Virus record (IMG/VR): IMGVR_UViG_3300050821_001527
Span: 32,001 to 96,000 of that record
Source of the DNA: a virus
Taxonomy: Duplodnaviria; Caudoviricetes
Direction: 5' to 3' (one strand)
DNA: 64,000 nt
A program made the translations under genes and the position numbers. Below are positions 27,470 through 38,622 of this stretch, in pieces; within the stretch, counting starts at the first letter, position 1, and every line of letters begins with the position of its first letter. The notes beneath the pieces were generated by a model, which was not told the DNA's origin, did not search any database, and saw nothing but the letters and a program-made list of their open reading frames with translations.

Positions 27470-29131
27470 ATGTCGAACGTAGTAAATAGGGAAGGTTTAA
27501 ACCTAGAACTACTCGGATACACTTCAAAAAGGGAGTATTTCGGGGGCGAATCCGTCGTGTTCAGAAGGGTCGAAGCCTACGTATATGATTACGTCACCAC
27601 TGACCTTGCCAATTACGCCAGCGGACTAAGCCCGTTGATAGCTTCCGGTATCAGCGGACAGATAGCCAATTTCTCGGGTGATGTAACTATTCGCGGACTG
27701 GATATTCCAAATTCCTATGACTCATTGGAAGAACAAATCCGCACAGCCCGATATAAGATTACTGTTGAAGTCAGAACGTCCATCGGCTCGGGGGACTCGA
27801 ATTATTACACTGGGCTGAATTACATCACTCAATCCGGGTTTGCGGCTCTTGATGGGTTTAGCGAAAGTTTCGATTTCGAGAATGCGGAAGACGCCCAAAA
27901 GCTCAACCACTCCATCAGCTTCTCCCTAAGAACCGGGGACATGGGATTCGCGCAAGCCTTGGCTTCTGGACTCATGCAGGAATCTGAGCCGCAGAATCTC
28001 GGAATCGGAGTTTTGTCTGGATACCTTGGGCAATACAATGATGCTAGTTCAGAGAACTACTACACGGAAGCTTATGATACTTTCAAGAACACGTATTCCT
28101 TCAAGAAGACCAAAAACCTTTACAAGATTACCGGGGTTGGTTTTACCTTCGATACCAACACCCGATACGAGTTCAATGATGGCATCAGCACCGTCATAGA
28201 CGAAATCAAAGTCAGGGGGAAACAGAATTTTACTCAGGCTTCTGACGGACTTAATGCCCTCATTGGTTCTTCCGAGTCAAGATGCGCTGATGTCTATGGG
28301 GCGTATCAGGGATTCTCCAATCTGGATGGAGCCGGGACTCTATTCTCTACGCCTTTGAAAAAGGTTCTCAAGTATAACCAGCAGGCTCTCGCTGCCGAAG
28401 CCTCGTTGACCTTTACGGACAATCCTCTCTACGCCAACGACTACAAACTAGACGAGGTTATGAATTTGACGGTTGACCAAAACGGTATTGTCAAGGTCAC
28501 TGATGACTATACCATGACCCTGCTGGATTTCGTGGACTCGGACATGGCTTCCACACATAAGGACGAGTTTAATAACGCCACGAGGTCTGACTTCAGCCAA
28601 ACCCAGTCTAATAAATTTTACGCAAGCTTTCTATATGGGCGTTCCCTGTATCCTGTCGGGCTGACCAAGAAACTGCCTTTGAGAAAAAGGGTTTTCACAG
28701 CGAATTACGAATATTCTGATGACCCGAGATATGGAGTAACTTTGACTTCCATTAGCGGGGCCACGAAAACGTTCCCGAACGTGGATATGAAGTTGACGGA
28801 AACTGCACCGAAGGATTCTCTGACTGAATACAAGGTCATCAACAAGCCTGAAACTTTGGTGAACTATGCCTATCAGCAGGTTCCCGGTTCCAAAACAATG
28901 TCAATCACCGCCATACGCACAAGGCCGGATGGCAACCAGTTAGTGTCACTGGATGTCCCGGTCACGGAAGTCCAGTGCTTGTATGCCACGGCGTTAAACA
29001 AAATCAGTCAGACTTTTGAGAACTTTAATGGCCTGAACTATTTTTTATCGAACGTGGTCGTCAACCTGAATTCGGAAAATAAGTTGGAACTGAACGCGAC
29101 GGTGAGCTACACTAAGAAGAAGTATGTCTAA
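27470..29131 (+). CDS. Tail-tip/distal tail structural protein
   Basis: 553 aa directly after the TMP; repeated beta-strand pattern typical of tail hub proteins. Confidence 0.45.
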   Translation: MSNVVNREGLNLELLGYTSKREYFGGESVVFRRVEAYVYDYVTTDLANYASGLSPLIASGISGQIANFSGDVTIRGLDIPNSYDSLEEQIRTARYKITVEVRTSIGSGDSNYYTGLNYITQSGFAALDGFSESFDFENAEDAQKLNHSISFSLRTGDMGFAQALASGLMQESEPQNLGIGVLSGYLGQYNDASSENYYTEAYDTFKNTYSFKKTKNLYKITGVGFTFDTNTRYEFNDGISTVIDEIKVRGKQNFTQASDGLNALIGSSESRCADVYGAYQGFSNLDGAGTLFSTPLKKVLKYNQQALAAEASLTFTDNPLYANDYKLDEVMNLTVDQNGIVKVTDDYTMTLLDFVDSDMASTHKDEFNNATRSDFSQTQSNKFYASFLYGRSLYPVGLTKKLPLRKRVFTANYEYSDDPRYGVTLTSISGATKTFPNVDMKLTETAPKDSLTEYKVINKPETLVNYAYQQVPGSKTMSITAIRTRPDGNQLVSLDVPVTEVQCLYATALNKISQTFENFNGLNYFLSNVVVNLNSENKLELNATVSYTKKKYV

Positions 29132-30752
29132 GGGAAACGTCCAAGTCATCTATAATGGCAACGTGATTTCGCCCACTCCGTTCGTGAGCAGGGTGGAAAA
29201 CGCGATTGACTATGGGCATCGCTGGGGCGTGTCGGACGCCATTACGCTCAAAGGTCTGTATCCGACCAGCGGCTTAATTAGCGGTGTGATTCCCCAATTC
29301 CTAAACCTGTTCTCAGGAGACTTCGCCAGATTCTCAGTTATAGACACGGGAGAGCATGTCACGGTCTTGGACTACCCGCACGTCATTCTTGAGGAAATTT
29401 CTTTTGACTCGAACCATTTCTTTCCAAACACCTATGTCCCATACACGGTGAAGCTGAAGAATATCAATGTCCCAAGCGGTGTTACCGAACCCGTAAACGA
29501 ATATTCGTTCGTTCAAAACGAAGACGGAACCGTTACTGTAAACCACAGGGTTTCCGCCAAAGGTGTTGTAACGAGCGACTCTTTTGATTCGGCGTTACAG
29601 AATGCGGTAACATTTGTTTCGGCTTTTACGGGATTTCTACCATTCAATCCGGTGTTTGTAAGTTTTGGTTCTGGTGTTCTGCTTTCCCAGTCCGAATCTT
29701 TGGATAGACTTACATCTGTTTACTCCGTGGCGGAAGTCTTCAAGTATAATTCGGGAGAAAGCCTTCCTTATGTTTACACTCACAGTTTGGATATAGACGA
29801 ATCGCCGGATTCGGACTATGTGACTATGAGCCTGAAATACAATCGCCAAGGTTCGTCAATCACGTCAAATTTGGAAGCCTTGAGGGTCGGGCTTGAGGGG
29901 TTTGATGTTGTTGGATTTCTTTCGTCACAATACGGAATCGGGAACGCCGACTGCTATATCAACAACCTGAATGTTGTTGAATCTTCCGGCAAAAACAACA
30001 TCCAGATTAACGCGAGCATCGTATCCGGGGTCGGCGATGAATTCAACGGGTTTTTCGATTTCGACTTGGATATGAGATGGGATAGGGTGATGGATGTAAA
30101 GCAGTTTTCTTTAAATGGAAAATTCATCAGCAAGGCTCCAATCTCTTTGAGGAAGACTTTCCTTAACACGTTCAAGACAAACGTTACCACCGCCTATGGT
30201 GATTATCGTAACTACGTCTATTCCTTGATTACGGGCGAGAGTCCTAACATGGGCGTTTCTCTGAGAAGTTTAAACCCGATTCCTACATCCCTCAGTATCA
30301 ACGAGAACACGGGACTTGCAGAATTGTCCATCACGGCCACGTTCAATGACAAGGACTTCTTGGATGGGATTGGCGAGTCGTCCTTCAACGCGAGCTTTGA
30401 TGTCCCGAAAAACATCTACGAATTTAAGCCGTCCGCGAACATCGAAGGAAACTACATCATTCAGGACTTGCAGACCAACACCCGAGAAACCTTGAAACTC
30501 ACGTCGAGCTTCAAGACCACGGGAAACATGGATTACGCGCTTTCAAATGGGCCGCAAGTTCTCACCCAAATCGGAAATCAAGTATTGAGCAATTTCTTCC
30601 TGACCGAAAGCGGGTTCAGCACGGGGGTCTTTGACTTGGACATCAATGCCTCTTACCTAAACAGCGGCAGCGTATTCGGACTTGACACCAGATACTATCT
30701 TTCCTCGAACCCTAGCTCGATTAGGCCACCGGGATACAAGTATGGTCTGTAA
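29124..30752 (+). CDS. Tail-tip structural protein, similar to 27470-29131
   Basis: 542 aa; ITLKGL and YSVAEVF hub-like strands; overlaps the upstream gene by 8 nt. Confidence 0.45.
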   Translation: MSKGNVQVIYNGNVISPTPFVSRVENAIDYGHRWGVSDAITLKGLYPTSGLISGVIPQFLNLFSGDFARFSVIDTGEHVTVLDYPHVILEEISFDSNHFFPNTYVPYTVKLKNINVPSGVTEPVNEYSFVQNEDGTVTVNHRVSAKGVVTSDSFDSALQNAVTFVSAFTGFLPFNPVFVSFGSGVLLSQSESLDRLTSVYSVAEVFKYNSGESLPYVYTHSLDIDESPDSDYVTMSLKYNRQGSSITSNLEALRVGLEGFDVVGFLSSQYGIGNADCYINNLNVVESSGKNNIQINASIVSGVGDEFNGFFDFDLDMRWDRVMDVKQFSLNGKFISKAPISLRKTFLNTFKTNVTTAYGDYRNYVYSLITGESPNMGVSLRSLNPIPTSLSINENTGLAELSITATFNDKDFLDGIGESSFNASFDVPKNIYEFKPSANIEGNYIIQDLQTNTRETLKLTSSFKTTGNMDYALSNGPQVLTQIGNQVLSNFFLTESGFSTGVFDLDINASYLNSGSVFGLDTRYYLSSNPSSIRPPGYKYGL

Positions 30753-30764
30753 AGGGCCGAATGC

Positions 30765-30776
30765 GTGTAATATACT
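30765..30776 (+). promoter_or_regulatory. GTGTAA late-promoter-like motif
   Basis: GTGTAATATACT, 20 nt upstream of ATG 30791. Confidence 0.55.
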
Positions 30777-30790
30777 GAGAGGTTTGAGGC

Positions 30791-32608
30791 ATGAATTGTA
30801 GCGGTTTTCTACTTGGGATGAGCGGCAACGGTTTCCGAACAGGAAGCCTGCTGGCATATTATGATTTGACCGTGCCCGAAAGCCTGCTATATCCGAACCT
30901 CAAATTCGACCCGTCTTTCTCCTTCGTTGAGGCCGGTGAAGATGCTTTGGAAGATAATTCTGATGACGTAATCACAGATATTTCAGGGGATGCTATTGAG
31001 GTCGCGGCGGCGTTTTACATCAACCTAGATGCGGTTCCGGGCGTTATTCTCGGAACGATTCCAAATATCAGCGGCCAAATGTCCGTTCAAATCGGACGAG
31101 ACTTGGAACTCCAGAATCTTCATTGCCTTTTCGACTTTGACTTTAATGCCTGTAGCAATACCGGAGCTACCGAAGCCACCATTCTCTTGACTTCCAGACG
31201 AGAGCATAATGACACTTCCGGCTTCGTGTTCGGAATCAATTCAAGCAATCGCTTGTTCTTCGAGAATAATGGGAAAATCAGGACTCTCAACCAAGAACTC
31301 AGGGATAAAAACATTATTGGCTTGAGTATCGCCCAAAATCAATACGTCAATTTCGGGGTTTTTGACTTCACGACCAATTCGTTCGTAAGCGAAAGCCTGA
31401 CGAACCCATTATCCAAGAGTTTGGACGACCTTTTCCTGATTAGCTACCCAAGCGGCGACCATTCCGTATATTCCGGGGCAATGGGCAATCTTAACCATTT
31501 CGCCATCCTTGATGACGTGATTTTGGACAGGTATGACCTAGCCCTCTCTCTTTTCTGCACAAACGCCTCCACAATCGCCTATACGACCACGGGAAGGCTC
31601 ATCTCGGTAAATGGGGTAACGGGCGTCAACATCTATGAAAGCGGCGTGACGGGCTTCCAGACGTTTACTGGGGCCATCCTAAAAGAAGATAGCACGACGG
31701 TCACGGGTATCTACACTTTGGGGGTCAGCGGGTTGATTTTGACGGACACTCGTATTTTACCCATCGTCATTACTGGTGGAGCGGTAACTTTCACTTCATA
31801 CTCATCTGTTTTGGGGTATAATCAAAGCGAAATCAAGGGATATTCCCGCTTTGACGGTATTTTTGGTAATGATTTGAACGGTAGTCAAGTCGAAGTTTAC
31901 TACTACGACAAATTCCAGCCATATAAAAATATCAATTTATCGAATTTTATATTGCCAAACGTGGGAAATTCACTTCATCCAAATCTCTATGTAAATGGCC
32001 TTTTAGCCAGTTCCGGGGTTGATTATGACGTAGAAGACGGGGAAATCCTTGTCTTTAACGATAACTCTCTAGTAGAAACGTTGACCGTGAGCTACTCCGT
32101 GAACCCTGCGATTTCCATGTATTACACCGGACAATTTCCTGTAGATGGTGGTGGGGGTATTTGGGTATCGGCCTCGGGTGTATTGGTCGAAAATCAAGAC
32201 GTTTACCTGAATGGCCAGAAGCTTGTCAGAGGCATTGATTTCGAGCATGGGGTGTCTGGGACTTTGTTTAATTCGGGCGTTTTGGAAACTGGATGTGAGA
32301 TTGTTTTCATAGCTATGGATGACATACCAATTCAACAAGTGGCGCAATACAACTCCACGTCTTATTTGGTGACTGGCATTTGGGGATTTTCAGAACAGAT
32401 ATGGCTTAATGGAGTTTTGCAGACACGCGGGGAGGACTATTATTTGGTTCAACCCTGCACCCCTCCTGAATACTTTTTCTCAGCGAATAACACTCAGCTA
32501 GTCTATAATAATGACGGCTACTATCTGAATTTTGTTGACTTTCCGTTTTTGACGGATATTAACGGGGACATCATTTATGATGGCGACGGTTTCCCGATTA
32601 CGGTTTAA
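30791..32608 (+). CDS. Virion protein with a LamG/ConA-like domain and three xxNG..xGxD[YF] repeats
   Basis: LLAYYDL...FVFGINSSNRLFF...GNLNHFAIL (LamG-like); LYVNGLLASSGVDY, VYLNGQKLVRGIDF and IWLNGVLQTRGEDY repeats. Confidence 0.55.
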   Translation: MNCSGFLLGMSGNGFRTGSLLAYYDLTVPESLLYPNLKFDPSFSFVEAGEDALEDNSDDVITDISGDAIEVAAAFYINLDAVPGVILGTIPNISGQMSVQIGRDLELQNLHCLFDFDFNACSNTGATEATILLTSRREHNDTSGFVFGINSSNRLFFENNGKIRTLNQELRDKNIIGLSIAQNQYVNFGVFDFTTNSFVSESLTNPLSKSLDDLFLISYPSGDHSVYSGAMGNLNHFAILDDVILDRYDLALSLFCTNASTIAYTTTGRLISVNGVTGVNIYESGVTGFQTFTGAILKEDSTTVTGIYTLGVSGLILTDTRILPIVITGGAVTFTSYSSVLGYNQSEIKGYSRFDGIFGNDLNGSQVEVYYYDKFQPYKNINLSNFILPNVGNSLHPNLYVNGLLASSGVDYDVEDGEILVFNDNSLVETLTVSYSVNPAISMYYTGQFPVDGGGGIWVSASGVLVENQDVYLNGQKLVRGIDFEHGVSGTLFNSGVLETGCEIVFIAMDDIPIQQVAQYNSTSYLVTGIWGFSEQIWLNGVLQTRGEDYYLVQPCTPPEYFFSANNTQLVYNNDGYYLNFVDFPFLTDINGDIIYDGDGFPITV

Positions 32609-32611
32609 TTT

Positions 32612-35600
32612 ATGGCGTTCCAAGCACTCAAAGGCGTAAGCATAATCCCCAAAGGGGCGAACAACAGGTATGTCAGTCAGAACTGGCAGACCTCGCAGGC
32701 TTTTGGCGGCTGGATTTTCAAGGCTGATTGCAAAATAGGATTCAGCGATAAGCCTACAGAAATCTCCATGCAGATAGTATTGGAGACGAATTCGGACTTG
32801 AGCAACCTTGTTCCGCAGGTTTTCGATATTTCCCCGAACGATTTGCAATGCGGGGCCGGGGCCGGTGGAACCGAACAGGAAAGTCTTTACGATATTGACT
32901 TCAATGGAGTGCTTCTGAGCGACTTTGTTTTGTTCAGTTACGACATGGATATTCAACCAAACCAGAAGACCCTTTCCGTAGTCTTCAAGGACTACTCCAT
33001 CGTTCTGGACAAAATCTATGTCGGGCTTATCAAGCGTCAAGGAACTGAATTCATAAAGTCGGCGCAGGCGTCCGGCATTATCCCGGTCGTATGTCCTGAC
33101 TGTGAATTCGGCTCATGGACAGGCGATGGGGCGGTGGTCAGGGATATTGATTACGGCTCTTACGTGGGCATTGGAGGAAAGACCTACGACAACTTGGCCG
33201 GAACCCCAATCACCAATGCTCTCTCGGCTTGGCAATATCTTTACGAACTTCCGACGCAGCAACCGACTTTCGACCTGAACGGTGGTTATATCATCTTGGG
33301 AATGGAGCAGATGTATTCGGATGTTTGTTCCACTGTGCCCGAAATGAAATACACGTTCCACCAACTCCTTGCTTCCTTGAGAGTTAGGGGTCTGAATTTT
33401 GACGGAGCCTTTACAGGATTCCTGCTGACGGGAACGCCATACATGCAGAATTATGTTGGCACTTTGAGGGAAGTGCTTAATAACTGGTGTTCGGATTTCG
33501 GATTACAGTTCTATACCACGGGCAGAACTTTCATCGGACTCAACATGGTCAACCAGATTGACATTGAGAGAATCATGTCAATCGCAGACCCGAAGACGAC
33601 CTTGGGTGCGGAGTTTGACGGGTCTTCTCAAGTGGCCTTGAGCAACTACCGCGAATCCCACACGCTCGAAAATACTTTCAAGCAGTCCGTTATCACGGCT
33701 GACGTTCGCCCGCGTCAAATCAACAATGAATCTAGGGATGTAAAGAACTTCGTCTCGTTCCAGCCTTTGCATCCTTTGGACTTCTACAGCCCTGACTTCT
33801 CCCCTTTGTTTGCGGAAGTATTGCAGAATCATCTGTCAACAGTCAGGCACAGGACAACCGGCGTCCAGTTTGCAAACGATTTCATGGCGACGAAAAAGAG
33901 ATTCTCGTCGTTCACAAACAGATACTTCAAGGATATTGACATCTCGATTGCCTTGACGAAATATGACCCTGATATGAGGGACATCTACTGCGCGAACAGG
34001 GCCATCCAAGCCAACATTGATGAAGGCGGTGTTTTCGACCCGAACACGACCAGTAACGACAATGTTTCGGATTTCTACGCGAACTTTGCAGCCCTTGGTT
34101 TCATTCCTCAGATTCAGATTACCAACGTTACAGCCAAGGAAGCGGCTATCAGAAAGTTACTGGGAGGAAATCTCAGCCAGAATATTTCCCTCAACCCGGA
34201 CTTCTACGAGGTCTTCGTGGGATATTATCAGCCTTACTTGAAGCAGGAAGTCACGTCCTTTGAAGGAACATGGGCCGGGGCGATGTATAAATACGGGGTA
34301 TTGAACATTGGAACTACTGACGTTCCCCCGTTCGTCCACAAAGACTTTAACCAATGGGACACTCCGACAGGGGGGCTATACGGTGTTTCTGGCGATTATC
34401 TAACTAAATTGGTAAACACGTTCACGCCAGCAGCGAATTTCTACCCGATTTATCAAGACGCTCCATATTACGATTTGATGCCGTATCACATCCTCGGTTT
34501 CAATCCTAACGCTTACACGGGCGCGTCACTTGGAAATATCGGGTTCGACTCCAACCAATACTATGTTGGTTCTCTAAGTAACGAATGGGGAACGCTGGAC
34601 TTCCAATACAAACAGGAGCTATACGATGCCCTTTCCCCTGTCTGCGAACAGATGTTCAGCGTGTCTGATAACCTTCAGAAAATCCAGAGGGAACTTCCGC
34701 AAAGCATCCAGCACTTCAATATCAAAGACTTCATGCCAACGTTCCATCCGAACATCGGTGAAGTTTACAACGACTTGAAGGCGGAATTGGACAACCTTTC
34801 CACAACGGCGACAGATGCCATTGGTATCTTGGCTGTCGGAACTGACAGTCGAATCCATCAGGAGTGTGCCAAGTTGCACGTTTGCATCGTTCCTAACATC
34901 GAGACACACCCGAATGCCAGAATCTCGTTCAATATGAACGACTACTATGATTCGTATAATGCAATCATGGCCCGTAATTTGTTCCTGCAATACGAAACCC
35001 AGCGTCTTGAATTGTTAAAGCAGGTTCCACCGAACATCTGTAAATATTCCCCTGTGTCCGTGGTCTGCAATACCGGGCTTCTGCTTAGTGGCGAGGCTCA
35101 TTCAGGGGACTCGAAATTCTCCTGCACGAACATTGATGACCCTATTTCTATTCTGTGGGCGGGATGGCCGTCGGGATTCGCGTCGGGAAACAACGCTCGT
35201 TCCCTGTCCATTACCGTGGAGAGAAACCCGGTAACGAGCATGGAGCAGAAGGGACTGGACGGAGAATATTACTATGACGAGGCTTTGCAGGCAGTCCCAT
35301 CGTTGATTCACAGAATCGCCTCCACCAAAATCATCTACCCAATCTCAAACAAGCCGAACGACCTGTTCGAGTATATCGGGCTAATGAGTTCTACCATCAG
35401 CAGAGAATTGAGAACTCCACCGTTCATGGAAATCTACGGTTCTCCGGTAAGTGAGACGGGGAACAACACTTCAATGGTAAAGACCATCAATAACACCATT
35501 GACCCGGACGTAAAGCCAATCCTAGACCCGAATACCATGCGTTTCAAAAACTACGCCACGGTTTACTCTGGGAATGCCAATGGAACTGTTTTGCAGACGA

Positions 35601-35869
35601 TACAGGACTATCACAATTTCATTTCCGAATTGAACTCCTATCAATCTAATTTCCCAATGAAGTCTGCGACATTCAATGTCGTTGGCTCGCCGAACCTGTT
35701 CGGAGACTTTATCAATTCGGTCACACCGTCCAGTGGGCTTACGAGCTTCACTGTGTCAATCGGGGACAATGGAGTAGAGACAAGTCTTTCGTTCTCCAAT
35801 AAGCCGCCGACGCTACCTAAGCAGGAGGCCATCCTCAACAGTATCGGCCCAAGACTCAAGCCTTTGTAA
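32612..35869 (+). CDS. Baseplate hub/tail-tip (Tal-like) protein
   Basis: 1085 aa; hub-like N-terminus (FGGWIFKADCKIGF...TLSVVFKDYS...GTLREVLNNWCSDFG); post-TMP position. Confidence 0.55.
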   Translation: MAFQALKGVSIIPKGANNRYVSQNWQTSQAFGGWIFKADCKIGFSDKPTEISMQIVLETNSDLSNLVPQVFDISPNDLQCGAGAGGTEQESLYDIDFNGVLLSDFVLFSYDMDIQPNQKTLSVVFKDYSIVLDKIYVGLIKRQGTEFIKSAQASGIIPVVCPDCEFGSWTGDGAVVRDIDYGSYVGIGGKTYDNLAGTPITNALSAWQYLYELPTQQPTFDLNGGYIILGMEQMYSDVCSTVPEMKYTFHQLLASLRVRGLNFDGAFTGFLLTGTPYMQNYVGTLREVLNNWCSDFGLQFYTTGRTFIGLNMVNQIDIERIMSIADPKTTLGAEFDGSSQVALSNYRESHTLENTFKQSVITADVRPRQINNESRDVKNFVSFQPLHPLDFYSPDFSPLFAEVLQNHLSTVRHRTTGVQFANDFMATKKRFSSFTNRYFKDIDISIALTKYDPDMRDIYCANRAIQANIDEGGVFDPNTTSNDNVSDFYANFAALGFIPQIQITNVTAKEAAIRKLLGGNLSQNISLNPDFYEVFVGYYQPYLKQEVTSFEGTWAGAMYKYGVLNIGTTDVPPFVHKDFNQWDTPTGGLYGVSGDYLTKLVNTFTPAANFYPIYQDAPYYDLMPYHILGFNPNAYTGASLGNIGFDSNQYYVGSLSNEWGTLDFQYKQELYDALSPVCEQMFSVSDNLQKIQRELPQSIQHFNIKDFMPTFHPNIGEVYNDLKAELDNLSTTATDAIGILAVGTDSRIHQECAKLHVCIVPNIETHPNARISFNMNDYYDSYNAIMARNLFLQYETQRLELLKQVPPNICKYSPVSVVCNTGLLLSGEAHSGDSKFSCTNIDDPISILWAGWPSGFASGNNARSLSITVERNPVTSMEQKGLDGEYYYDEALQAVPSLIHRIASTKIIYPISNKPNDLFEYIGLMSSTISRELRTPPFMEIYGSPVSETGNNTSMVKTINNTIDPDVKPILDPNTMRFKNYATVYSGNANGTVLQTIQDYHNFISELNSYQSNFPMKSATFNVVGSPNLFGDFINSVTPSSGLTSFTVSIGDNGVETSLSFSNKPPTLPKQEAILNSIGPRLKPL

Positions 35870-35870
35870 C

Positions 35871-37709
35871 ATGTATCTAACAGGCAACATCAAAAAGGTT
35901 TTTCCACTGACCAAGAGCTTCGCTTTTGAGTTGGATAATCTTTTTCTGTTCGGAACAGGCACGGCCCAGATAGGGTTCTCTGGATACGGAAGCCCAAGCG
36001 GGCAGGACGGAACGTTCTACCTTACGCTGACCAATGACAAGCTTTACGATAACAGCGGCATGTTCGTTTGGGGATACGACAAGCCATTCAATCTGCGCGG
36101 AGAGGTCGTCAGCGGACAATCCCAGCTTTTCATCAATGGCGAACCTTTGAGAATAGAGTCCTGCTCGCCAAACTGGTTCAACATACTAAGTGTCACGTTG
36201 GACGGGGCATCCGGGGTCAACGCAGACGTTTACTTATACACGCCCGCAATCCCAATTTCGATTTCAGTTAGCCCGACATATCTGCCGGGTGGAGAACTGA
36301 CCGTAGATGTAACCAACAACTCGGACATGGATGTTCTTGTTTTTGGATATGACATCCAATTTACCGACAATACATTCTTCCTTCCGCCTCCGCTATCTGG
36401 TATAATTTCAGGTATGGTGTTCGCAAGTGGAACGTCTCACTTTAATCTGTTCGATACGTCAAATACCCAAGACGACAAGACTTACCAGTTCGATTTGTTC
36501 TTGAACACAAGCTTAGGTCAGGTGGCTCAGACGTTTTTCACTTCTTCTGTATCTGGATTCAATTACATAGTTCCATCGCTATCCAAATTAAGTCCAGACC
36601 CTAGCATCCCTACGCTGTTTTACGATGTAACTGGATTAAACACTTTGACGTTCGAGAGTAATCCGGCGCAGGGATTCTTAGCAGCTAGAGTATCGAAGTT
36701 CAATGTTTTTACTCAAACTGACGGAACGGGCGTAGTTCATGTTGACTTTTCTCCGGGTTTGCCAGCTACCAACATTTTCTACACACATGAGTATGTGACG
36801 GGGTTTGAAGTTACTGTGACTGGATTCTATGATTCGTGCCCAAACGCTGAATTCACCCAATACTATTCGGTTAGAAATTTTGATTTCGGGCTTAACATTT
36901 TCACGACTGGGTGCCCGGTGGCCATTCCTCTGCTCTTTTCTGGAATCAATGGCATCGGAAGCGGAGCATCGGGTTGGTTGTATTTGAATCCACAACCCGT
37001 GGTTGACCAAGTTGTCTATGGCTCCATCATCAGTCCGGCGTATTTTTACATTGCAACTGGATTTGAAATCTTGGATAAGGGTTCTGGATATGTGGAACCA
37101 CCTTTTGCTTATTTAGGAACAGGAGGGGGCTGCTCAGACTACACGCTGGACAGCGGGGTCAGATTCCCGTTTAGTGCATTTGCCGGTTTACCGGTCATGG
37201 GATTGGACGCGGGATACCTTACTGGATTCCCAATTTGCGGAGCAACGGGAAGTGGTTATTATTTGCAGGGGTTGATTTTCACGAATCCGGGTTCCGGTTA
37301 TTCGTCGGCCTTTTACCCAAAGGTTTCATTCGTAAGACAATCAGGAGACATGCAGGTTGGTGATGCTTCTGGGGTCATAGTATTAAATTCTACTCACAAT
37401 CATTACGTGTTCAATGACGTGTGGCAACTGTCTAGTGGGCTGAATGCAGAATCATTAAGCCCAGTTACGGGTAGTGTAATACCTTATAGTGGCGAGACTC
37501 CTTTGTATTTCGGACTGACTGTGAATCCGATACCTTATACTGGAATAATGACGGCGATTGTGACTTTGACGGCAGATGGCTCATCAATTTCATTCACCGC
37601 CAGTGGATACAAGGCATACTCCACAAACCCGAAAATCTTGATGACAGACCTGAATTATTTCTCAGACTCTTCATCAGTATTAAATTTCCTGAACCAAGGA
37701 TTGACATAA
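35871..37709 (+). CDS. Baseplate wedge-like virion protein
   Basis: 612 aa; FEILDKGSGYVEPP and IFTNPGSGYSS match the GSGY repeat of baseplate wedge proteins. Confidence 0.5.
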   Translation: MYLTGNIKKVFPLTKSFAFELDNLFLFGTGTAQIGFSGYGSPSGQDGTFYLTLTNDKLYDNSGMFVWGYDKPFNLRGEVVSGQSQLFINGEPLRIESCSPNWFNILSVTLDGASGVNADVYLYTPAIPISISVSPTYLPGGELTVDVTNNSDMDVLVFGYDIQFTDNTFFLPPPLSGIISGMVFASGTSHFNLFDTSNTQDDKTYQFDLFLNTSLGQVAQTFFTSSVSGFNYIVPSLSKLSPDPSIPTLFYDVTGLNTLTFESNPAQGFLAARVSKFNVFTQTDGTGVVHVDFSPGLPATNIFYTHEYVTGFEVTVTGFYDSCPNAEFTQYYSVRNFDFGLNIFTTGCPVAIPLLFSGINGIGSGASGWLYLNPQPVVDQVVYGSIISPAYFYIATGFEILDKGSGYVEPPFAYLGTGGGCSDYTLDSGVRFPFSAFAGLPVMGLDAGYLTGFPICGATGSGYYLQGLIFTNPGSGYSSAFYPKVSFVRQSGDMQVGDASGVIVLNSTHNHYVFNDVWQLSSGLNAESLSPVTGSVIPYSGETPLYFGLTVNPIPYTGIMTAIVTLTADGSSISFTASGYKAYSTNPKILMTDLNYFSDSSSVLNFLNQGLT

Positions 37710-37710
37710 G

Positions 37711-38622
37711 ATGGACATAAAAGTTGAAAAGGCATATTCCGCATCGCCGCTATTGAACGGGGTCAATAGCAATACTCCCCCATGTAAAGCCTATGTCATC
37801 GGAAATGTCGGTGACCCCGGACTGACGAGCGACTACTATGTGGACATTCTTAGCAGATTTGTTCTGGCCATTAAGGAACCTAGAAAACGCCCGATGGTTA
37901 CTGCCGGTTCGGATGGGGCGGGCATATTCCTGCAAGACAACCTGATTCTGGTGGCTAGACCTCAACAACTATGGATTAGCTGCCCCTCTGGAATGAACGT
38001 CGGCGTAACGCAACCGAGTCAATTAACAAGGGTTGACGCACAAGGGAATGTAAACGTGGGAAGTTACGTGGCTTTTTCAACGAACGAAATCACTCCAATC
38101 AACGCCCCTTACAAAGTGGGGGAGGTAATCACTGTCCAGAAAATGAGGGATTATCTGACTGCTGATACGCAGTTTTTCCAGTCTTGGTTCTCCACCAATG
38201 GAATCAATACCCCGTATCTTGGCAGCAACGCGGCAATGCTTGGGCAAACCCTACCGGCGTCACTTGATGATTCAGGAAAGATTGTGGGCGGGGGCAAGGC
38301 CAATGGAACCGTGGGACAGTTCGACCCTGCAAAAAATTACTTTTATATCAACCTGCCAAAAGCAGACTACGAGAATTTCATCAACTCGTATTTCTTGGGC
38401 AGGGGGTATCAGCCGGGAGCGAATATCCCGCCGAACACGGAATACGTTTTCGGTTCAAGGGACTCCATCACGTTCAAGTGTTCCTCTTACGTGGACTTGA
38501 ATGTGGGTGGTAAGGAAAGAGTCGCCGGTGGGTCTTGCTTGCCGACGATAGTAGCCACGCCCGACTCGTTTCTGACTCCAATGGAGAGGCAGACAACCTA
38601 CTTCTACTACACGCAGATTTAA
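37711..38622 (+). CDS. Hypothetical virion protein, last gene of the structural operon
   Basis: 303 aa; its stop shares a TTAA with the convergent minus-strand gene. Confidence 0.55.
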   Translation: MDIKVEKAYSASPLLNGVNSNTPPCKAYVIGNVGDPGLTSDYYVDILSRFVLAIKEPRKRPMVTAGSDGAGIFLQDNLILVARPQQLWISCPSGMNVGVTQPSQLTRVDAQGNVNVGSYVAFSTNEITPINAPYKVGEVITVQKMRDYLTADTQFFQSWFSTNGINTPYLGSNAAMLGQTLPASLDDSGKIVGGGKANGTVGQFDPAKNYFYINLPKADYENFINSYFLGRGYQPGANIPPNTEYVFGSRDSITFKCSSYVDLNVGGKERVAGGSCLPTIVATPDSFLTPMERQTTYFYYTQI